Below are positions 52,112-62,979 of a DNA stretch of 64,000 bases, piece by piece. The translations under genes were made by a program, and so were the position numbers. Numbering within the stretch: the first letter of the stretch is position 1; every line of letters begins with the position of its first letter. The DNA is taken from assembly GCA_021605075.1 (NCBI GenBank), contig BPLQ01011166.1, positions 407,264-471,263 on the forward strand, in the 5' to 3' direction. The notes beneath the pieces are model-generated. The model saw only the letters and a program-made list of their open reading frames with translations. It was not told the DNA's origin and did no database searches. Source of the stretch: Caerostris darwini (Eukaryota).

Positions 52112-52301
52112 TTCATCCATTCCATTTTAAAAATTAATTTGATTTATTGTATGTAAATGTTTATATGTAATTGTATTTGTAATTATTTTGTGCAAATTTA
52201 AATTTGTATCAATGTGTATTTGTTCGCTATTATTTGTATAGATATATTAATTCGTCTACCATTTTCAAAGTAACGTAACTTTGTTACTGGTAGGGGAGTG
52301 A

Positions 52302-52512
52302 TGTAGCGACACCTATTGATGTAAAATGGAATACAAATTGAACGACTTCTACTTTCACTGTTAAAAAGGGAATTTTCCCGCTAGAATAAAAATAGAACGT
52401 AGTAAGCGTTCGAAGTAGAATAAACATGTCGTAATTGTGGAAATTGATTATCGTCTTTTATTTTGCCGTCTGGATTTTAATAACACTACGCAACCTTTAC
52501 AATACCGCCACA
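52302..52512 (+). repeat. 3' LTR (211 bp), preceded by the PPT
   Basis: Identical to the 5' LTR. Confidence 0.9.
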
Positions 52513-53123
52513 GGTTGAAGGAGTACCTAGGGAATGAGTGCCCCTATATCTCCTATTGCTTAAAATGAAAATAAATTACTTAAAAGGGTTATGCATGTGG
52601 AATTAAATATTTAAAGGAATTAATAGGTTAGAGCCATAGCTCAGGATAGAGCCATAGCTCAGGATTAGATGAAATAATTATCATGGTAAAAGAGGAAGTT
52701 TAAATGATCAGAAATTTTTTTTAAAAGATGTCCTTTGCTCAATGTGCAGAATTAATGGGGCTAGTATTCACTAGTCGTTCCAAAAATTCAGATAGGTAGG
52801 AAAAGGGTTAAGAAAAGGGGGTGTCAAAGAGTTTCTTAAGGACACAGTGTCCTGGTGAACGTGTACTGCTCGAATGTGAAGAGTTCGAGTTCGCAGAGCG
52901 TTTTACTCGTGAACAAGAATGCTGCTCTCTTTCTATTGGCTGGTAAGATCCGGGGAGAAAGAAGAGGCGTGGTTAGTAGTATGTGAAGTGCGGAGGTCGC
53001 GTAGCGCCATCTGTTGGAAAAGTAGGATCTAGTAATGTAAATAAAGCTGTAATGTAAAATGAAGAAACGGAAAGAAATTTTGAAAACAAAACGTGAGCGT
53101 TAAGGAATGAGATCGAGAATGAA

Positions 53124-55503
53124 TTATCCTGGGTCGAAGTTAATTCTTTTCGCTGTTGGAAAAGAGATGAACATAGCGTTATTAATGGCACGGGGCCTTT
53201 TCTTTGCTTTCGGGTGTTTGTAATCGTAGATGGGTAAATTATTGATGAGCGGATTGTTAGATCTATTGGTGTTGTTAATGAAATCGGTTGCGATTCGCTT
53301 AGAGTAGTCCAGGATAGATTCTAGGTTGAGATTTTTGTGGAGAAATTCTCTGCTGAGGTGAAAAGGAGCGTTTGTAATTTTGAGCAATTGTTGATTTTGG
53401 AAAACCTGCAATTTCCGTAAAGTGGAGATGGGTGAGGAGATCCAAACAGGAGCCGCATAGGTGATAATGGGTCTGATGATGGAAGTATATAGAGTGAGTT
53501 TACTTCTGATAGATAATTTACTAGTGAAGTTGATCAGTGGGTTGATTTGGTGGCTGGCAATATTTGCCTTTCTGATAGTATCCTTTAGGTGAGGATTAAA
53601 ATTTAGTTTCGATTCTAGAATGACCCCAAGGTACTTGTATTCATTTACAAACGGTACTGGTTCGTTGAAGATCTTGAGCTGTGGTGGGTTTGATCGTCGT
53701 TTTTGACGAGAGAAAATTAGGCAGGCACACTTTGAGGCATTGACCTTCACTTTCCATCGTGAGAGCCATGTCTCCAGGTGTCCTATGTAATTTTGCAGAT
53801 TAGTAATGATCTCAATGTTATCCTTGCTTCGAGTAATAATGGCGGTATCATCCGCGTACATGGCCATCTGAGTATTGGTCGTGCGTGGGAAATCGTTGAC
53901 ATAAAGGTTGAAGAGTAATGGTGATAGAAGTGAACCCTGCGGGAGGCCGCTGGCGATTGCTCGTGGTGTTGATGTTTGGTTGTTTACCTTCACTTTGAAG
54001 TTCCGGTGTGAGAGAAAAGAGTTAATTAAGAGTGCAATAGGTGCTGGAAAGTCGAGTTGCATGAGTTTGAAAATTAGACCGGTATGCCAAATCTTATCGA
54101 ACGCTTTCGCGATGTCTAAGAAGAGTATACCAGTATTAATTTTCTTGGAAAAACCGTCGTGTATAAGTTCAGAAACTCTGAAAAGTTGGTGTGTAGTGCT
54201 GAGTGATTTCCTGAAGCCAAATTGCTCAGGAATTATGATGTTGTTTTGGGTGCAGAAATTATTAATACGTAATAAAATGGCGTGTTCATAGATTTTACTG
54301 ATGCTGCTAAGTAATGAAATAGGTCTATAGTTTTGTGGCCGATTTATATCTGTACCACATTTGTGTATGGGTGTTATTGTGGCTGTCTTCCAGCAGCTAG
54401 GAAAATGGTAGAAGCTAAGAAAGTGATTTAAAATGATGTTTAGCCATATGATGTATTTAAATGGAAGATGCATGATCATGGCTTTGTTTATGTTGTCTTC
54501 ACCCGGAGCTTTTTTAATTTTTAGTGAGTGTATAAATTCGAATGTCTCCGAGGCGGTGATAGCATTAATGTAATTTACATGAGGTTCGTGTAGATAATGA
54601 TGAGCAGCAGAAATGATTAACGAGTTGGTGGAGACGTGGTTGTCTGTTAAGTTGGGAGAAAATTGAGCTTGCCAGCAGTCTGCAATTAATTCGGCTTTTT
54701 CTTCTGGAGAGATTACCGTTGATCCATTATCAGATATTAGTGGGGGAATCTGAGTGTTGTTTTTACGGAGTGCTGAAACTTTCCTCCAGAGTGAGGTGCT
54801 ATTACTAGAGAAATCATTGGTGATGTTGGCCCAGCTATTGCTTTTGGGCAGATTTATTTTCTTCTTGATGATGTTGTTTAATTTATTGATGCAATTTTTG
54901 AGAGCCGGATCTTTAGATCTTTGCCAGGCTTTCCTGATCTTATTTCTGTTTTTGATGATCGTTTTGATTTCCTTTGGAATCTTTTTCCCCGGATGGTCAA
55001 AGTTTCTTTTGGAGCTTTTGTCTAGAGCTTCTAGCATAGTGTTTGTGAGGTTATTTAGTGCGTGTTCCGCATCGTGGGCTGAGTTTATTTTGCTGATAGG
55101 AGGCATGGAGTGTTGAAGTGTGTAACTGTAGTTGTGCCAGTTTGTGGTTTTACGTTGGGTGGAAGTAGCAAGATTACTATTGAGATTTAAGGTAATAATG
55201 ACTGGCATGTGGTCAGAGTTTAACTCGTGTATCACTTCCATGGAGCTGCTATATGGGATGTTTCTAAGAAGTGCGAAGTCTATGGTGGTGTTCCCATACC
55301 GGGCCTGAGGGCTGAAATGGGTGGGGGTGTGTGGTGCAATTATTTTTATATCATTCCTGGAGTTAAAGAATTTATTGAATTTAATTCCACGTAGGGTGTG
55401 TTTTGTATTGTTCCAGGATGTGTGTGAGGCGTTAAAATCTCCTGCGAGAATGGTGTTTTTATTTGCCTCAATTAATTTCTTTAGACAGGAGTATGAAAAT
55501 ATT
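53124..55503 (-). mobile_element. Non-LTR retrotransposon (APE-endonuclease LINE) ORF2, 793 codons open, 5'-truncated inside the endonuclease domain; the 3' UTR probably continues toward about 52517, where the LTR element is inserted
   Basis: EN C-terminal half reads …ILAGDFNASHTSWN…SDHMPVII. RT reads …PGEDNI…FDKIWHTGLIFKL…LPQGSLLSPLLFNLYVND…MYADDTAII…YLGVILESKL…. The frame is open from 55503 (preceded by TGA) to the stop at 53124. No RNase H or CCHC motif was seen. Confidence 0.8.
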
Positions 55504-55846
55504 TGATCTCAAGAAGCTTCTCTACTTAAGCTTATTTTTTCCAAGATGATCAATCAGAGCAGAAAAATTTAATTACATCCATGGTGCAGCCCTATGCGTT
55601 TTTTTGCAACTACTCCATCATGAAGTAGTAACTGCAGAAACTAAACCGAGATACCTCAAATGAGGGGTTTTCCGCTTTTTTAAAAAATGCCCCACAGCTG
55701 GACTTATCGCCTTCTTTGCTATCGAATCTATCTCGAAATTTTCCTCAAATCATAATCGTGTAATTCTTAATTTCAGCATTAATTATTTCTCTTAAACTTA
55801 ATTGCTCTCAATTCACTAATTGAATAATTTTTTGAATACTCTAAGC

Positions 55847-56156
55847 CAGAGGTCTCCAAACTACGACCCGCGGGTCAAATCCGGCCCTCCAGTGTCATCA
55901 ATCCGGCCCGCGACAGCGAATAGCTTATTGTTGCTGTAATAAGTTGGATAAAAAAATACAGAATGATAATAACTCGGTTTTATTGACTTGCTAGGAAAAG
56001 CTTAATGACAAGCATAATACGCAGAAAATTTAACTTAAGCATAACAATTAACTGGAAATTATAGATAATGGCAGAAAAATTAAAATGGTTTTGGCCCTTG
56101 GTACTTACTGGAGTAAACAGTATGGCCCTAAGGCGGGAAAGTTTGGAAACCCCTGC
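55847..56156. mobile_element. MITE (310 bp) with TIRs CAGAGGTCTCCAAACTACGACCCGCGGG / CAGGGGTTTCCAAACTTTCCCGCC, related to the 8252/10956 family
   Basis: The ends are inverted. It shares the CAGGG..CAAACT + ACG(G/A)CCC terminal pattern with the other family. Confidence 0.55.
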
Positions 56157-56284
56157 TCTAAACGATTTTGCTTTTGAACACCTTTCTATTGACTCTCTGA
56201 TAGTGATCTTGAAACACCTCTGATCATTGAACTTGTTCACGATGTTCACACTTCTTCCTCTATAATTTTTAAAGATAAGAATAT

Positions 56285-58150
56285 TCTGTTTTTTCTTCCT
56301 TATATTAAAACTTTAATTTCTGATCGCAATCGTGCTCATAAATTACAGCAGTTTCTTCAAGATTCTCCCTGAAAAATATAATTACAAAGAGCTCAAGCGA
56401 TACTTAAGCTCGGCATCCGAAAAAGACTTCTGGACTGAATTGCAAAATCTCGATTCGGAGGATAGCTCTCTTTGGAAAGAGATTAATAGATTCAAACGCA
56501 AAGCTACTAAAGTTCATATTCGGAAAGATCCAAATACTATTCCTCTAATTCTGCCATCACTGGCACTCAAAACGCTACGCCTAGCCTACCACCACCTGCC
56601 TTCGGGACCTGCTTCAACTTTCTAATCTTCATATTGACGGGTCAGCTCAGTCCTCCATCACTAACCTGGCCTTTGGTACCACAGGCTTCAGGTTCGAATC
56701 TTGCCGTTGACATGGATGTTTGTAAGTGGTACGGAATTGACGTTAAACTGTAGGTCCTGGTCTAATTAGCCTAAAGTGAGCAAAAAAGGACAGTAGAACG
56801 ACAAACCAAGCCTCCATTACTAAATTATTTGAAACGTCTCATAAACAATAAACATTAGCTCCTCTTTAATTCATGAATACATTCGAAAAAGTTCAAATTA
56901 AACTAGCTGCAGTCATTGACTGCATCACTAATAAAATGTTTAATAATTTAACTTTCAAAATAATTGTTCGTATTTCTCTTTTTATTATCAATTCCAATAT
57001 CACCCTTTCATATTTTATTTAAACATGAAAAACAGCAATTATTCTTTCCATTATGAAGACAAAAAAAAATCCTTCTAACGCCAATAACTACTGGTCTATC
57101 CACTCACACCAAAATTGCTGAATTGTCAACAAAATTAACTCATATCATTACTTCTAACTTTATAATCCCTTAATAATGTAGATTCATTACTAATCTCTTT
57201 GACAAAAACCACTAACTCTCTCTAATCACCAACTTCTTAATCACTTGAACTAATCTCTGAAGGACTCGGGAATAAATCTATCATGATAAATGTATCTTTT
57301 CTTCGCGTGTGGATCGAATGGCTCATCTTTAGATTAATCTACTTTAAATTTCACATCCGTCTTCTTCGGTTAATTTTTTCCTATATTTCCAATATATAAC
57401 ATTAACAAAATCCGTAACTCTTTCTTTCTTTTTAAAGTCAATATTCCACAAAGCTCAACTATTGAACCCATTTTCTTCAAATTTCAAATCAATAAGGTAC
57501 ATTTATGTTCTATGCTGATGATCTTTCTATTGCTGTCCAGTCCAATAGTATTCGTCTCTTACTAATTAACCTTGAAACTTGGTTTGTCAGGTGGAAATTC
57601 CTTCTTAATGCTGATAAAACTGAAGATGCTCTTTTTACTTAAAAAGTCATTCTTCTGTTACGTTATTTACGATTATTTGATCAAACGAGGTCAAATGCCT
57701 GGGTGTAATTCTTGATAAAAGACTAACTTTATATTATGTTAACTATAGGAAGAAAAAAAATTGATTTTTATGTTTGCACCTAATATGCACCATTAATTGA
57801 GATTTCTTCTTCTCTGTTGAAAATGAACTACTAATCTATATGTACTATAGACGTCGCATTATCACATATGCTTCCAGGTTTGGAGTCCAGCTGCAAAAAT
57901 TAGAATTAATTGTATTCAAATGTTAAAAATAAAATTCTTCATATGATCACTAACGCACCAGGGTTCTTTAGAAATGATGACAACCGTAATTCTCTAAATC
58001 TTCCCAGTATCAAAATGTTTATTTTTAAATTTTCCACCAATTTGCTTATAAAACTTGACTTTTCTAATTTAGTAAAATCCTCCACAACTGCGATCACACC
58101 CTGACCTCCAACTCCAAAAGCTCAAAATATTTTATCCCAGATTTCTTGTC
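56285..58150 (+). pseudogene. Second, degenerate copy of the same LINE family (plus orientation), with a SINE fragment inserted at 56665-56785
   Basis: 56332-56625 reads …DFWTELQNLDSEDSSLWKEINRFK… (compare LINE A …DFSSNSTSLWRKVSALRKNN…). 57500-58110 reads …FYADDLSIAV…LETWFVRWKFLLNADKTE…, with frameshifts and stops. Confidence 0.6.
56665..56785 (+). mobile_element. Partial tRNA-derived SINE (5'-truncated head) inside LINE copy B
   Basis: ACCACAGGCTTCAGGTTCGAATCTTGCCGTTGACATGGATGTTTGTAAGTGGTACGGAATTGACGTTAAACTGTAGGTCCTGGTCTAATTAGCC. Confidence 0.6.
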
Positions 58151-59149
58151 ACCATTCTTAAGTTTTCATTGCTGCCTCGCAGCTGCTAACTCCACCCGTT
58201 TGGGTATCGACTTTTTATTTTTATTTACTCTCTTTATTATTATTTAATGCTTTGTTTTTATTTATCCTTTTTTTTTTTAATTTACCTATTTTTAGCCTAT
58301 TATGTTAAACTTAATTTTATTTTAGCTTTTTTTGGTAGGGTGGCGGGGGTATTTGCATCCCGACTTATTATGATCATATCTTGCGAATGTGGATGTGTTA
58401 CCTTTACCTGTTTGAACCAATTTAAACATTTCACCGTGTCCAATTCCCCACCATGTACTTCAAATCTTTAAGTTTATCAATTTTTAGCCACGAGAGACCA
58501 AAGGTTTTTAATTAATTCCGTGATCAAAAACGATTCAAATGTATTTATTGTAGATATGAAAACTACTCACCATGCAGTTGGGCGTGAGCAAATACAAAAA
58601 GTGAACAAATACTGTTTTTGTCGTTAAAATAAAAATAATGTACTAAAATAATAACAATGATGAAGGATCATTGCTTAAAATAGATGCAATAAAATTGCTT
58701 ATTTCTCTTTTATAATTTAAATCTATCTACAAATATACAGACGTTTGTGGCCCACTAGAATACTTAAGACTTTGGGTAAGTTTGGCATTTTAGATTCACA
58801 AGGAAATTGCTAATTGCAAGGGAATTGCTGCTTAATGTCATTATATTAAAAAACGACTTTCCGAACAATCGTCAGTTTCAAATACGCAAGTCATGTAAAA
58901 TACAAATTATATTAATTTGCAAAGTCGCACTAGAGGAACTTCGTTGATTTCAAACCTTTATAAAGTATCTTTTTAAATGGGGCTTGATCTGTATAACAAA
59001 AAAAGAACTGATAATGCAATTTGATTTTTTTTCATTAATTTTATTACAGAAAGGTTAAAAAAAAACCTTTTTCATACATTGAAAAAAAAAATATACAACC
59101 AACGTATACTTTTGTATGGAAATCTATCATTAAATTTTTTGTTCGAGAA

Positions 59150-59390
59150 AACTCTCGTGACGTCACAGCGCTAAATTTAAAATAAGAATAAAAAAATATT
59201 TCCGTGATGTCATGATATTGTGATTGGTTATAAAGTGTTCACTTTAAAACTGATTGGTCGAGCAATCCTGAAGCCTATTACGAAATCCACGTTAAATCGA
59301 AATTTTTTTTTTTCTGAGTAATAAAAGTGTACGTTGTAGGAGTAGGAAAATCATTCGAGTAGAAGATTTCTTACACTGATTTAAGTAATT
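59150..59390 (+). promoter_or_regulatory. Putative H2B promoter: CRE-like palindrome TGACGTCA (59157-64), two inverted CCAAT boxes GATTGG (59223-28, 59252-57), TATAAAG (59229-35) and TAATAAAAG (59319-27)
   Basis: Motifs read directly. CCAAT boxes are a known requirement of histone H2B promoters. No TSS was mapped. Confidence 0.45.
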
Positions 59391-59759
59391 ATGCCTGCTA
59401 TACCGAGCGGTAAAGCTATGAAAAAAGTCGATAAGGCACCTCGACCTGGGGACAAAAAGCTTAAAAGGAAAAAGAAGAGGAAGGAAAGTTTCAGTATTTA
59501 CATCTACAAGGTTCTGAAGCAAGTTCATCCCGATACCGGTGTTTCTAGTAAAGCTATGTCTATTATGAACAGCTTTGTGAACGATATTTTCGAACGTCTT
59601 GCTGCCGAATCCTCTCGTCTTGCTCATTACAACAAGCGTTCCACTATTACAAGCCGAGAAATACAAACAGCCGTTCGTTTGCTGTTGCCCGGAGAACTTG
59701 CGAAACATGCCGTTTCAGAAGGAACCAAAGCCGTGACCAAATACACCAGCTCCAAGTAA
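59391..59759 (+). CDS. H2B: Histone H2B (122 aa), canonical
   Basis: [122 protein letters not shown] is essentially the invariant H2B histone-fold and C-terminus. Confidence 0.95.
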   Translation: MPAIPSGKAMKKVDKAPRPGDKKLKRKKKRKESFSIYIYKVLKQVHPDTGVSSKAMSIMNSFVNDIFERLAAESSRLAHYNKRSTITSREIQTAVRLLLPGELAKHAVSEGTKAVTKYTSSK

Positions 59760-60752
59760 AATCAACCAGTACTAAATATCTGTGAACATTATAACCATCT
59801 TCAACGAACATTTTTAAATTCTAATTCTAAGACATTTTTGACTTGTCATTTTAATTCTAATGTGCCTGGTACGAACACTGACAGAACTGTGCCAAAGAGG
59901 CTTATCTTTGAACACTAGTTGCTTCAATGTGAACTTTTCCTTTTGCGACTATTGAGTAATTTTTAATCCTTTATTTTTGCAATACTTATTTCTATGTGAC
60001 TAATTCAAACTTCTTATTTTGCGTTCTTTTGAAATCTTAAGCTTTCAATTCCTTGTAATGAGTAGTACTCTTATTAAAATTTGAATGTCATTCTTATCTT
60101 TGCTGTTCATTTCCTATTTAGTATTGTTAAAATAAAAACTTTGTTTACATTTAAGCGTCTTTTTGTTTAGTGTTCAATGCTATTAACTGTTTAAAAAAAT
60201 TACTATGGAAACAAAACTTGCTTGGAAACGAAAGTGACATTTTTGTTGCTTTGTAAGATTAAATTTTTCTGCCTAGTTAAATATGGGTTAAATTATTGAA
60301 AGAATTGCTGTAAAGAAGCCTTCGCCTATTTAATAGCTCAAATTTTAAAGTGGATTAAAAAAATAATTTTCCTTGTGTTCCTATAGAAAATGTGATAGCG
60401 TTCCTTCAATCTCTCGTACAAATGACCCTGTTAATGTTTTGGAACTTCTATTTCCATTGCAAATTGTCTGAGCTGGAATACATGTTCCAAAATTAAAGAA
60501 ATATTAAATGACTACCTATAATGTAAGTCTTCTTTGAAGCGAGGGACTTGGACATTGTTAAAACATTATAAATTTTTCTTCGAGTATGGATTCGAAAGTC
60601 ATCCAAAATAATTCCTTTTAATTAAAGTGTATATAAAAATTAAACAAAAATTCCCTCAAAGTTAAAGTATGCTGTACACTACCCCCCTTTAAGACTTATA
60701 AATAATATTATACTACAAGTGTGATTGGGGGAGGGGGGGCGAAGAATAAAAT

Positions 60753-60753
60753 G

Positions 60754-60780
<27 letters not shown>
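60753..60780. repeat. Poly(T) tract of 28 nt, preceded by a G-rich run GGGGGAGGGGGGG
   Basis: Read directly. Confidence 0.9.
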
Positions 60781-60785
<5 letters not shown>

Positions 60786-61457
60786 GAATGTAAAAACAGT
60801 TATTTATTAAACATAAATTTTAGGGATACTAAGATTTATGCAGTTTCGATAAAACATGTGTAACATTAATAGAAAATGTGTTTTGTTATAGAAACTGGGT
60901 GTTTCTAATTCGTATCTTCTCGGTTCTTTTTTTGATGTTGCTATAAATGTGTTGTGTCCTTTATATAGTATGTGTTTTATTACATAATAAATTTTCGTTA
61001 AAGACAACTCTAAAAATGGCTACTGAATATTTTTACTAAATTTAGTATCGGACTAATTGGTAACAGTCATATTTGATCAAATTATTTTCCCTCAAATTAA
61101 TTTAAAACAATTTTTATTCTATTAAAATATTTTTACATGGACATTTAGAAGGGTTTATGTGTAAAAACATATTCTTAAAATTTGTGCTTTTTTACAAAAG
61201 CTTAATTTTTAAATGTGAATAAAAAGACATGAAAATCTAAAAATGAAAAAAAATGCATACACAATAATAGAAACATAAATATGGATAAAAGAAAAATAAA
61301 TGGTGCCCAATAAATATCCCAATCACGCATGAGTGATAAAAGAGTTGGGAACTGAATTGTAAGTGTAAAATCTTAATATACAATAAAATAGTATACATTA
61401 AATTGATAAATTCAGATAGTAATTTATAATTCCTACTGCGGTATATATATATATATA

Positions 61458-62675
61458 CACTGAAGTGACAAAAGTCATGGGATAGCAATATGCAAATTTT
61501 CAGATGGCAGTAGCATCGCGTAGAACGGGTATAAATGCGCAGTGCTTTCGCAGAGCTTTCATTTCTGTTCAAGTTATTCATGTGAAGAGGTTTTGACGTG
61601 ATCATGACCGCACGACGGGAATTAACAGACTTGGAACGCGGAATGTTAGTTGGAGCTAGACGCGTGGGTCATGCCATTTCGGAAATCGTTAGGGAATTCA
61701 ACATTCCCAGATCCACTGTGTCAAGAGTGTGCCGAGGGTATGAAATTTCAGGCATAACATCCCACCATGGACAGCGCAGGGGTCGACCGCCTGCACTTAA
61801 CGACCGAGACCGGCGACGTCTGCAAAGAGTCGTAAATTCTAACAGACAAGCAACACTGCGTCAAATAACCGCAGAAATCAATGTGGGACGTACAAGGGAC
61901 TTGTCTGTTAGAACTGTGCGGAGAAATTTGGCTTTCTTGGGCTATTCCAGCAGAAGACTGACTCGAGTGCCTTTACTGACAGAACGACATCGCTTGCAGC
62001 GACTCTCGTGGGCACGTGAGCATATCGGTTGGTCCCTAGATGAATGGAAAACCGTGGCCTGGTCCGATGAGTCACGATTTCAGTTGGTAAGAGCTGATGG
62101 TAGGGTTCGAGTGTGGCGCAGACCCCACGAAGCCATGGACCCAAACTGTCAGCAAGGCACTGTTCAAGCTGGTGGTGGCTCCGTAATGGTGTGGGCTGTT
62201 TTTTCAGGGCATGGACTTGGTCCTCTGGTGCGACTGGACCGAACATTGACTGGAAATGCTTATGTTCAGCTACTTGGAGATCACTTGCAGCCATTCATGG
62301 ACTTCATGTACCCAAACAACGATGGGATTTTTATGGATGACAATGCGCCATGTCACCGGGCCACAACTGTTCGCGATTGGTTTGAAGAACATTCTGGACA
62401 ATTCCAACGAATGATCTGGCCACCTAGATCGCCCGACATGAATCCCATCGAGCATTTATGGGACATCATCGAGAGGTCTGTTCGTGCCCAAAATCCTGCA
62501 CCATCAACGCTTTCACAATTATGGACGTCTATCGAGACAGCATGGCTCAATATTCCTGCAGAAGACTTCCAACGACTTGTTGAGGCCTTGCCACTTCGAG
62601 TTGCTGCACTTCGCCGGGCGAAAGGAGGGCCGACACGATATTAAGAGGTATCCCATGACTTTTGTCACTTCAGTG
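61458..62675 (+). mobile_element. Complete Tc1-like DNA transposon (1218 bp): perfect 27-bp TIRs CACTGAAGTGACAAAAGTCATGGGATA, TA TSD inside a (TA)n microsatellite, TATAAAT box at 61530-36
   Basis: 5' TIR 61458-61484 and 3' TIR 62649-62675 are exact reverse complements. TA flanks both ends. Confidence 0.9.
61598..62644 (+). CDS. Tc1-family DDE transposase, 348 aa, uninterrupted
   Basis: HTH reads …LTDLERGMLVGARRVGHAISEIVREFNIPRSTVSRV…. Catalytic residues: D in WSDESRF, D in FMDDNAPCH, E in SPDMNPIEHLWD (36 residues between the second D and E by my count, against 34 in the pseudogene at 12054). GGGSVMVWA and …LPLRVAALRRAKGGPTRY* are also present. Confidence 0.9.
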   Translation: MIMTARRELTDLERGMLVGARRVGHAISEIVREFNIPRSTVSRVCRGYEISGITSHHGQRRGRPPALNDRDRRRLQRVVNSNRQATLRQITAEINVGRTRDLSVRTVRRNLAFLGYSSRRLTRVPLLTERHRLQRLSWAREHIGWSLDEWKTVAWSDESRFQLVRADGRVRVWRRPHEAMDPNCQQGTVQAGGGSVMVWAVFSGHGLGPLVRLDRTLTGNAYVQLLGDHLQPFMDFMYPNNDGIFMDDNAPCHRATTVRDWFEEHSGQFQRMIWPPRSPDMNPIEHLWDIIERSVRAQNPAPSTLSQLWTSIETAWLNIPAEDFQRLVEALPLRVAALRRAKGGPTRY

Positions 62676-62717
62676 TATATATATATATATATAGTTGGAT
62701 ATTATTCCATATAATTA

Positions 62718-62900
62718 TTTCTGTGGGCTTGATTTGTAGCTCTACGGCCATTTCGCACACACGTTAGGCTAATTAGACTGGGACCTGTAGTTTAACGTGG
62801 ATTCCAAACCACTCACAAACATGCATGCCATTGACAGGATTCGAACCTGAAGTCTGTGGTACCAAAGACCGGAGAGCTAGCAAATTGGCCATCAGGCCCC
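62718..62900 (-). mobile_element. tRNA-derived SINE copy (minus), left member of a head-to-head inverted SINE pair
   Basis: Minus strand reads GGGGCCTGATGGCCAATTTGCTAGCTCTCCGGTCTTTGGTACCACAGACTTCAGGTTCGAATCCTGTCAATGGCATGCATGTTTGTGAGTGGTTTGGAATCCACGTTAAACTACAGGTCCCAGTCTAATTAGCC. Confidence 0.7.
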
Positions 62901-62979
62901 TGTCTGTTTGGAGAAGATTGATATGATGGAATTACAAGGAATAGTAAAATCAAAGTTATTAAAAATCCCCCTCGTTGTG

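Larger units (their letters stand above)
47899..52512 (+). mobile_element. Ty3/gypsy-type LTR retrotransposon, 4614 bp, identical 211-bp LTRs, 4-bp TSD GGTT (47895-98 / 52513-16)
   Basis: The LTRs run TGTAGCGACACC…CAATACCGCCACA and are identical at 47899-48109 and 52302-52512. The gene order is gag-PR-RT-RH-IN. The PPT GGTAGGGGAGTGA is at 52289-52301. A candidate PBS TTGGTGACCCGTGAATTG lies 3 nt after the 5' LTR. Confidence 0.9.

Noticed and set aside
59292-59708. 138-aa minus-strand ORF overlapping H2B
   Set aside because: It is the antisense of the highly constrained H2B codon sequence, so the open frame is a by-product.
61237-61605. 122-aa minus-strand ORF upstream of the Tc1 transposase, and the 1105-1350, 28100-28810, 36392-36936, 38030-38251 and 63482-63664 ORFs
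   Set aside because: Extremely AT-rich, low-complexity (I/F/L/Y/N-dominated) translations with no start context; these are the expected random ORFs in 70%-AT DNA.
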